Under the pieces are notes generated by a model that saw nothing but the letters and a program-made list of their open reading frames with translations, did not search any database and was not told the origin of the DNA. From IMG/VR virus record IMGVR_UViG_3300032116_000001, positions 248,001 to 312,000 of that record: DNA of 64,000 nucleotides, one strand, 5' to 3'. The position numbers and the translations under genes were made by a program. This document shows, in pieces, positions 57,229 to 64,000 of the stretch; position 1 is the stretch's first letter; the number at the start of each line of letters is the position of its first letter.

Positions 57229-58614
57229 ATGGCATCAAAAAACAATCCAGAATTTAGCATTATAACTTGGGTTAATAAACCTGAATTATATGATGGGTTG
57301 GTCAAAAGTTGCTCGCATATTGATTGTGAATTTATATGTGTTGATCAGAAATTTAACAACATGTCATCAGCCTATAACTTTGCCACGGATAAGGCAAGGG
57401 GGAAATTCTTGGTTTATTGTCATCAAGATGTTGAGATATTAGACACACAGTTTTGTGATAAGGTTAGGTTTGTTTTTGAGAACCATAAAGATATTGGATT
57501 TTTAGGCCCCATTGGTTCTATAACAAATCATCGAAAACGACTTTGGTTTAATGAAGGTCATGAAAATTCACGTGGATGGATACTTCAGGGTAATCGAATC
57601 ACTGGCTGCGGTAATTACAATGGAATTGCAAGATTGCTTGACGGGCTGATGATGATTACAGATAAGCGTATGGATTTTCCAGAATTTCTTCCTGGAATTC
57701 ACTGTTTAGACACTATGATGTGTATGCAAGCAGAATCACAAGGTTTGAGAAATTGGATTACTCCTTTGGCTATCAGGCATTGGTCTGAAGGAGACACTGG
57801 AAGCCCAGATATTGATGTAAATTCTGATTATCTTTTAAGGTTCATATCCCAGAAATATAAAGATTCTTTTCCAGATGATCTTTTCGATCCTGCAAAGGCT
57901 TTTTGGCACTCAGAGGGTCTTTATGATTGTGACGGAAGTGATTTAACAGTTGTTATACCCGTTCTGAATCAGATAGAACACACAAAAGAATGCCTGGAGT
58001 CACTAAAAAAAGATGTTCCTCAAGCCACGGTAATTATTATTGACAACAATAGTCTTGATGATACATCTGTTGTTATTAAGAGGGATTTTCCGTGGGTTAA
58101 ATATGTAAAAAATACATTTAATGCTGGTGTTGCCGCATCGTGGAATCAGGGGGCAGCATTATCAGACACAGATTTAATTTGTTTTTTAAACAATGATACG
58201 ATTGTTCAACCAGACGGAATGCGGATGCTTGTCCGTGAGGCCAGAAGAGTCGGTGCATCAACAGTTGTGGGAAGAATGTTGAACCCCAATTTTACTTGCG
58301 GCCCAATTACTGAAAATACCGACCAAATGCATTATCCCGAGGCATTTGCACTTATTTTAACAAGAGATACATATAAAAAAGTTGGCCCATTTGATGAAAG
58401 ATTTTGGCCTGCGTATTCAGAAGACGCAGATTATGGTATTAGAATGTTATTAGCAGGCATTAAATGTGCTATTGTCCCCAATAGTATAGCACACAAGGGC
58501 TCTGCGACATCGACAGAAATACCCGACATCGCTGATGTGATTTCAGCAAATAGACAAAAGCTTTTTAAAAAATGGTCTAAAACACCTAATATTCATAAAA
58601 TTTTAACCGTATAA
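57229..58614 (+). CDS. Two-domain GT2 glycosyltransferase
   Basis: N-terminal AYN...YCHQDV..LDG; C-terminal VVIPV, IIDNNS.D, FLNNDT, FDERF...EDADY. Confidence 0.88.
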   Translation: MASKNNPEFSIITWVNKPELYDGLVKSCSHIDCEFICVDQKFNNMSSAYNFATDKARGKFLVYCHQDVEILDTQFCDKVRFVFENHKDIGFLGPIGSITNHRKRLWFNEGHENSRGWILQGNRITGCGNYNGIARLLDGLMMITDKRMDFPEFLPGIHCLDTMMCMQAESQGLRNWITPLAIRHWSEGDTGSPDIDVNSDYLLRFISQKYKDSFPDDLFDPAKAFWHSEGLYDCDGSDLTVVIPVLNQIEHTKECLESLKKDVPQATVIIIDNNSLDDTSVVIKRDFPWVKYVKNTFNAGVAASWNQGAALSDTDLICFLNNDTIVQPDGMRMLVREARRVGASTVVGRMLNPNFTCGPITENTDQMHYPEAFALILTRDTYKKVGPFDERFWPAYSEDADYGIRMLLAGIKCAIVPNSIAHKGSATSTEIPDIADVISANRQKLFKKWSKTPNIHKILTV

Positions 58615-58628
58615 CAAATGTAAACATA

Positions 58629-59081
58629 ATGAAACCCGTATATTCTGATCAATCTGTGCTATACAACCAGCCTTCAATTTTCTTAGCTGGTCCGACCCCT
58701 CGCGCTGGCGGACCAGAGTCCTGGAGAAAAGAAGCGTTGCTAATTTTGGATCAACTAGAATTTAAAGACAATGTTTTTATTCCAGAGCCCTCTGACGGTC
58801 GCTGGCCAGAGCATTATGAAGAACAAGTAGGCTGGGAATACGAGGCCTTACATGCCTGTGGTCTTATTGTTTTTTGGGTGCCCCGATCAGAACTGATGCC
58901 TGGTTTCACAACAAACGTTGAATTTGGTTACTGGCTTCGAAGTGGGAAAATCTTATATGGTCGCCCCGACTGGTCTATTAAAAACAGATACTTGGATTCC
59001 ATGTACGAAATTGAAACTGGAATGAAGCCATACGACAATTTGCAATCTCTTTTGGCCGAGGCCGTAAACAAACTTAAATAA
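58629..59081 (+). CDS. Nucleoside 2-deoxyribosyltransferase-like domain protein
   Basis: SIFLAGPTPR, SWR, QVGWE, FWVPR, TTNVEFG. Confidence 0.85.
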   Translation: MKPVYSDQSVLYNQPSIFLAGPTPRAGGPESWRKEALLILDQLEFKDNVFIPEPSDGRWPEHYEEQVGWEYEALHACGLIVFWVPRSELMPGFTTNVEFGYWLRSGKILYGRPDWSIKNRYLDSMYEIETGMKPYDNLQSLLAEAVNKLK

Positions 59082-59082
59082 T

Positions 59083-59478
59083 ATGAACTTTACAATAACA
59101 ATAACAGAATCAGCAGCAAAAGAAGTATTATCGCTGCGCGAAAGCCAATCACTTGAGGATGCCAAGTTGCGCGTTTGGGTTGCTGGCGGTGGTTGTTCTG
59201 GGCTTTCGTATGGCATGGCCCTTGACCCAAATGACCCCGAAGAAGACGATATTGTAGTGGAAAACAATGGGGCCACGATTGTTGTCGATGCCATGTCAGC
59301 AAAATACTTATCTGGAAGCATAATTGAATTTGATGATAACATGATGTCTGGTGGCTTTCGAATTTCTAATCCGAATTCCGTAAAAAGCTGTGGCTGCGGC
59401 TCATCGTTTTCTACAGATGAAGAAGGAATTTCAGAACTTAATGATGGCAAAGGGTGCGGCGGCTGTGGATCAAGATAA
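59083..59478 (+). CDS. iscA: A-type Fe-S carrier (IscA/HesB)
   Basis: GGGCSGLSY, GF..NPN..SCGCGSSF; extra C-terminal GCGGC. Confidence 0.92.
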   Translation: MNFTITITESAAKEVLSLRESQSLEDAKLRVWVAGGGCSGLSYGMALDPNDPEEDDIVVENNGATIVVDAMSAKYLSGSIIEFDDNMMSGGFRISNPNSVKSCGCGSSFSTDEEGISELNDGKGCGGCGSR

Positions 59479-59512
59479 TTTCCCCCTTTTGATAGCGGGA
59501 AGAACATTAGAA

Positions 59513-60097
59513 ATGCCTATTGACACTATCGCTGCGTCAATGGCGAGACAGCTCGTAGGACGATCTTCTTTGCCTACGGGACTGACGTATTACAGTACGT
59601 TTAAATTATATATTCCTGACATTATCGAATACCTTAAAGAATCGCGGCATCTCGATCCACAATTTAGTATTGATTTATTTGGAGATATTTGGATTGATAA
59701 TTTTTTTGATTGGAAAAAAGAAAAAAACAAGCCATTTTGTCGAGATTTAGTGGTTACATTTCCTGATGGAAGCGAATGGAGTGTTCGCGCAGTTGATATT
59801 GCCACGCTGTATGCAGAAAAATTACTTAACGATCAAGAAGACTCTACTAACGATACTATATTTGATCTAAGGGATTCATTTTTGGAAAACGATGAAGATT
59901 TAATCAATTGGGTGAATGGCAACCTCGAATGGGACGATGTCGCCCCATATGCGGAGGAAGTTAAAAGACCACAGCCAGAAACAAATTATTCAGACGCTTG
60001 GCAATCATCTCCAAAAAGAATGCAGCCATGGGAAGATGCTGATTTTGTGATAGGCTGGCTGGCTGATCCAGAAGACGATAATCTAGACGAAGAATGA
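59513..60097 (+). CDS. Hypothetical acidic protein
   Basis: Start moved to ATG 59513, after the iscA stop. Confidence 0.7.
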   Translation: MPIDTIAASMARQLVGRSSLPTGLTYYSTFKLYIPDIIEYLKESRHLDPQFSIDLFGDIWIDNFFDWKKEKNKPFCRDLVVTFPDGSEWSVRAVDIATLYAEKLLNDQEDSTNDTIFDLRDSFLENDEDLINWVNGNLEWDDVAPYAEEVKRPQPETNYSDAWQSSPKRMQPWEDADFVIGWLADPEDDNLDEE

Positions 60098-60112
60098 AAA
60101 ATCCCCTTTTTT
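60097..60112 (+). promoter_or_regulatory. 16-bp motif AAAAATCCCCTTTTTT, copy 3
   Basis: Runs into TTGACA; upstream of the exonuclease gene. Confidence 0.6.
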
Positions 60113-60137
60113 GACATCCAAGACTAATACATAAAAA

Positions 60138-60689
60138 ATGTTTAGAGATATATCGAAAATTCTTTGCGTGGATGTTGAAATGACTTGTTGGGAGTTTTTC
60201 ATCCCAGAAAATCAAGTCCCCGAGATCATTCAGATTGGATATTGCTGGTTAGACACTAATACATTAGAGATTGAAAACAAAAAAGCTATTTATGTCAAGC
60301 CTGTTTTTTCGGAAGTCTCTGACTTCTGCGTTAATTTAACAGGCATCACCCGAAAGCGTGCCTATGGCGGGATGACCTATGAAGCAGCTTGTAAAAACTT
60401 AATTCGCAAAGCTGGTAGCCGAAGATTTGCGTGGGCTGGATGGGGCAACGAACGACAGCCATTCTATGCAGACTGTGAGCGAAAGCAGGTGGAATACCCC
60501 TTCAACGATCAGTTCTTGGATATTAGCGCTTTAGCAAGCTTGTTCTTGGGATTACCCGTAAATAATGGACTTGACAAAACTCTTGCTGACTTTGGCATTT
60601 CTTTTGAAGGTCGGAGACACGATGGCGCAGACGATGCATTTAATCAGGCTAGGGTTCTTGCGGAAATTATTCGCAAGGTTAGACAATAA
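60138..60689 (+). CDS. DEDDh 3'-5' exonuclease (ERI1/KapD-like)
   Basis: VDVEMTCW, EIIQIG, FC..LTGIT, FEGRRHDGADDA. Confidence 0.9.
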   Translation: MFRDISKILCVDVEMTCWEFFIPENQVPEIIQIGYCWLDTNTLEIENKKAIYVKPVFSEVSDFCVNLTGITRKRAYGGMTYEAACKNLIRKAGSRRFAWAGWGNERQPFYADCERKQVEYPFNDQFLDISALASLFLGLPVNNGLDKTLADFGISFEGRRHDGADDAFNQARVLAEIIRKVRQ

Positions 60690-60697
60690 TAATTACA

Positions 60698-61369
60698 ATG
60701 ATTAATCCAGAAGAAGTTTATTTTTTTGAATCTGATGTTCATGAGCTTGAGGAATTCATTCTTTTCTGCGTCGCAGTGGCAGGGAAGAATGCCTCAACAC
60801 AATCGAGGTTACTGCACAAGTTGCTTTATGAGTACATGCATGTTGATTTTTGCAAAGATCATGGATGGATGATAACTTGTTTGCTCGACCTTCCTGACCC
60901 AAGGCTATATGGCGGGCCTGTGGAAAAAGACTCTCCTTTTGAAAGACTAAGATTTTTAGAAAGGGAGGGTCTTCTTGGGCAATTCATTCGGCATTCTAAA
61001 CTTGGACAATACAATAAAATTGAACGATCATACCGAGAATTGATTAAAAGCAACATATGCCTAAAAACATGCTCTGTGGAGGAACTTGAATCTATTCATG
61101 GCATAGGCATGAAAACCAGTAGATTTTTCTTACTAAGAACAAGGCCTAATCTTAGACTTGCGGTTTTAGATACACACATACTAAAATACATGAGAAATGA
61201 AATGGGATTAGAAAATATACCCAAGGCTACACCAAGTAATCCCAAACAGTATGCCAGATTAGAAAAAATATTTTGCGATCATTGTGATTCTCTTGGGAAA
61301 ACTGTTGATGATCTTGACCTTGAAATTTGGACCAAATACTCACAGTTAGCTCGCGGAGAAAAGAATTAA
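60698..61369 (+). CDS. HhH-GPD DNA glycosylase-like protein (Ogg-like)
   Basis: IHGIGMKTSRFFL and AVLDTHILKY. Confidence 0.8.
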   Translation: MINPEEVYFFESDVHELEEFILFCVAVAGKNASTQSRLLHKLLYEYMHVDFCKDHGWMITCLLDLPDPRLYGGPVEKDSPFERLRFLEREGLLGQFIRHSKLGQYNKIERSYRELIKSNICLKTCSVEELESIHGIGMKTSRFFLLRTRPNLRLAVLDTHILKYMRNEMGLENIPKATPSNPKQYARLEKIFCDHCDSLGKTVDDLDLEIWTKYSQLARGEKN

Positions 61370-61424
61370 TTTAGCCCACCACGTGGATTTGTTAAATTAT
61401 TGCTTTTATGATCGTATAATAAAT

Positions 61425-61988
61425 ATGAAAACCTACTTTACGGCGGACCTACACTTCGGTCACGCAAATGTCATTAAATACAATTCTAGGCCATTTAACT
61501 CAGTAGAAGAGCACGATAGGGCTTTGGTAGACAATTGGAACTCCGTCGTCACTAACAAAGACCGTGTGTATTTTCTTGGAGACTTGGCATTTCACCCTAG
61601 CTCTGCTGCGAAATGGGTGGAAAAGCTAAATGGCCTTAAGTATTGGATTAGAGGCAACCACGATAATCCCTCAGTGCTCTCTAATCTTCGGCAATATTTT
61701 CAATGGGTCAGAGAGATGGAAGAAATTTGCATATTAGACAATGATGCTCCTCATGGAAAGCGATACATAACCTTGAATCACTATGCTATGCGCGTCTGGA
61801 ACAAATCTCACTACGGGGCATGGCATCTTTACGGACACAGCCATGGCTTGCTCCCAGATGATCCAAACTCACTTTCTTTTGACGTGGGTGTTGATTGCCA
61901 CGATTACACTCCGATTTCATATGATCGTGTAAAAGAAATTATGAGCCTTAAAACATGGACCTCTCCATTGGAAAAACAAAACACATGA
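61425..61988 (+). CDS. Calcineurin-like metallophosphoesterase
   Basis: ADLHFGH, LGD, GNHD, HY, GHSH, DVGVD. Confidence 0.92.
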   Translation: MKTYFTADLHFGHANVIKYNSRPFNSVEEHDRALVDNWNSVVTNKDRVYFLGDLAFHPSSAAKWVEKLNGLKYWIRGNHDNPSVLSNLRQYFQWVREMEEICILDNDAPHGKRYITLNHYAMRVWNKSHYGAWHLYGHSHGLLPDDPNSLSFDVGVDCHDYTPISYDRVKEIMSLKTWTSPLEKQNT

Positions 61989-62428
61989 AAGACCTCTCTG
62001 CTAACAATAGTCAATACTTATCGGTTGAATTTTTTAATGCCAATACATGTGAAATCCCGACCATAAAATCCTGTAATTCATTAGGTATGCATGTAATTCT
62101 GGAGCTTATTGGATGCAACCCCAATAATATGAGCGGGGTTGAGAAAATTCAACAAGCTTTTCATGATGCAGCAAAGCTGGCCAAGTGCAACATCGTCACA
62201 GAAGCGTTTCATGAGTTTGAGCCCCATGGCGTTTCAGGAGTTGTTGTAATAAGCGAGAGCCATTTGACCTATCATGGGTGGGATGAACATGGTTATGCCG
62301 CGATTGATTTTTTCTATTGCAGCGATGAAGTGCAAATATCTTTGGCCATTGAACACATAATGAAGTTTCTAGAGGCCGAAAGTTATCAAATCACTGCAAT
62401 CCCCCGTGGATTTAAAAACAGTGTATAA
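61985..62428 (+). CDS. speD: S-adenosylmethionine decarboxylase proenzyme
   Basis: G.H...EL.GC, F.PHGVSGVVVISESHL..H.W.E.GYAAID; exact start uncertain. Confidence 0.9.
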   Translation: MKDLSANNSQYLSVEFFNANTCEIPTIKSCNSLGMHVILELIGCNPNNMSGVEKIQQAFHDAAKLAKCNIVTEAFHEFEPHGVSGVVVISESHLTYHGWDEHGYAAIDFFYCSDEVQISLAIEHIMKFLEAESYQITAIPRGFKNSV

Positions 62429-62439
62429 TATATAATGCT

Positions 62440-62646
62440 ATGTTAAGATTGTTTAAATCATTATTTAAGCGCGAAAAAATCTATCACAAATCTGAGCCCC
62501 TAGTTGAAATCAACCCATCTGATGTTCAAGAGCCATGTGTAAGAATCACCGTAGGGAGAAAATCAATACTCTTATCAGGTGGACAGGCCAGAAGACTGTG
62601 GGGCAAACTTGGATCGAACTTGGAAAAAATTACTCCTGATAAATGA
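62440..62646 (+). CDS. Hypothetical protein
   Basis: 68-aa ORF, ATGA-coupled to the next gene. Confidence 0.6.
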   Translation: MLRLFKSLFKREKIYHKSEPLVEINPSDVQEPCVRITVGRKSILLSGGQARRLWGKLGSNLEKITPDK

Positions 62647-63092
62647 GCTATCAAGATCGATTGCTTAACATAGAACTTGTTCCAGAATCATCATGGTGCA
62701 ATAATGTTCGATCTCATGTCAAGAAATCTTCATGGGACCGAATTAGAAAACAAGTTTACAAAGATTATCAGCATAAATGTGGCATATGCAACTCAAAAGG
62801 CGCTCTTGCCGCCCATGAAATATGGAATTATGATGATTCGTCTTCAAAGCAGACACTAATTGGTATGATTGCGCTTTGTGGCTTGTGTCATCATGTTAAG
62901 CACATTGGATTCGCTGAAGTTTTAGCCAATCAGGGAAAACTAAACTTTCAGCGTGTTGTTAATCATTACTGCAAAATCAACAAATGCACAAATGACGAAT
63001 TTTGGGCCGACAGAGAAGAGGCATTTTATGAATGGTCGAAAAGGTCTAGAAACACATGGTCGGTTGATATATCGTATATAGAGCGATATTAA
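62643..63092 (+). CDS. HNH-like Zn-binding nuclease family protein
   Basis: ELVP.S.W..NVR, CGIC, HEIW.Y, LCGLCH.VKH.G. Confidence 0.8.
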   Translation: MSYQDRLLNIELVPESSWCNNVRSHVKKSSWDRIRKQVYKDYQHKCGICNSKGALAAHEIWNYDDSSSKQTLIGMIALCGLCHHVKHIGFAEVLANQGKLNFQRVVNHYCKINKCTNDEFWADREEAFYEWSKRSRNTWSVDISYIERY

Positions 63093-63146
63093 TTTGCGAA
63101 GAATTCTTGCGCTAATTTCAGATGAATTAATATCGTATTAAAGATA

Positions 63147-63527
63147 ATGCTATTTGATTCTAATCCACAACATGCTGAAAGATACAATGTTGTTTCGATA
63201 ATTTTGAATAACCAGCTTTGGTCTTTTGCCGAAGTTCCAGGTGTTAAAATCATGTCGCCTACTTTTCCGATTAAACACTTTGGCACCGCAACAAATAAAT
63301 CTTGTCCGTCTCCTGTGATTAGATATGCTGTAGATTCAGATTTAAACATCTGGATCGGCAACGATGAAAATGGCATCATGTTTTGCGATGATCAACATCA
63401 TGTTTTGAGCATCCTATTCTTGTACAATCCTTTGGCCTGGGCCTCTGTTTGCGAACAAATTGGAAACAATGCTGTACAAGAAATTATTAATTCATGCGAT
63501 TGGAGCATGACTGACGGTATAGAATGA
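63147..63527 (+). CDS. Hypothetical protein
   Basis: 126-aa ORF. Confidence 0.6.
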   Translation: MLFDSNPQHAERYNVVSIILNNQLWSFAEVPGVKIMSPTFPIKHFGTATNKSCPSPVIRYAVDSDLNIWIGNDENGIMFCDDQHHVLSILFLYNPLAWASVCEQIGNNAVQEIINSCDWSMTDGIE

Positions 63528-63691
63528 ACCAAAACTCTGAACAACAAGAAATTTTTAATCGCCTTAATCGGTATCAAGAATGTTGCCCAAAAGATCATGA
63601 TGTTCAATCAGTGCTATTATTGTGCATACTTGAAGAAATGTCGTCTATTCGAAAATTCTTAGAAAAAATAACCAAAGAAAACAAGGACTAA
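63524..63691 (+). CDS. Small hypothetical protein (55 aa, MNQNSEQQ...)
   Basis: ATGA overlap with the upstream stop; read manually. Confidence 0.55.
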   Translation: MNQNSEQQEIFNRLNRYQECCPKDHDVQSVLLLCILEEMSSIRKFLEKITKENKD

Positions 63692-63693
63692 AT

Positions 63694-64000
63694 ATGAATG
63701 TTATCACCAATGCAGACATTATGTCTGCTTACAAATATATAAAAAAAGACGGACAGGCTGATGGACTAACAAACTTCCCCGATGTTGTGCATGCATTAAA
63801 GGCCGACGAAGAATGCCAATATGTTTGGGGTTCTGATTCTATCATGAAAGTCCCAAAAGGGAGCTGGATTTTGGCCGAGAATGATAATGATTTTCCCAGG
63901 CTGCTAGACGATGAATTCTTTCATAAGTTATATGCCTTTGACAGGCAACAAATGGATTTGATTTTTGATGATATTATAAAAGATGCATTTGGAGACCAAG
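63694..64000 (+). CDS. Hypothetical protein, runs off the right edge (MNVITNAD...)
   Basis: AAGGA SD; frame open to the edge. Confidence 0.6.
   Translation, partial: MNVITNADIMSAYKYIKKDGQADGLTNFPDVVHALKADEECQYVWGSDSIMKVPKGSWILAENDNDFPRLLDDEFFHKLYAFDRQQMDLIFDDIIKDAFGDQ

Overview
This window looks like part of a very large (jumbo or huge) phage genome, not a bacterial chromosome. It is AT-rich and densely coding. It holds tail-fibre/virion genes (about 15-28.7 kb), scattered host-like enzymes (RecD2, ClpX, Adk, ThyX-like, RtcB, Prs, NadD, NadE, RuvB, DNA and RNA ligases, GroEL, IscA, SpeD, a sigma factor), many small hypotheticals, a tmRNA and four tRNAs. Two pilin-like proteins suggest an Armatimonadota (Fimbriimonas-like) host; this is inference. 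The most striking element is at 46.0-49.8 kb, a candidate amber (UAG) readthrough-gated translation-rescue system in a genome that otherwise reads in the standard code. It contains a tmRNA, two tRNAs with CUA anticodons, and a Lys-rich leader ending in TAG ahead of two tRNA-Lys genes. A second leader (M-L-amber-V-I-R-P-P-stop) has a 3' flank that pairs over the next start codon. The downstream coupled operon ends in a Pth2-like peptidyl-tRNA hydrolase gene with an in-frame TAG at codon 3. Other highlights are a putative late promoter (AGG-N18-WGAA, 7 copies), a 16-bp motif repeated upstream of three genes, a shared helical motif in several putative late proteins, an NAD-rebuilding gene set with a Tad2-like gene, and candidate ncRNAs. 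All calls come from reading motifs by eye; no searches or folding programs were run.
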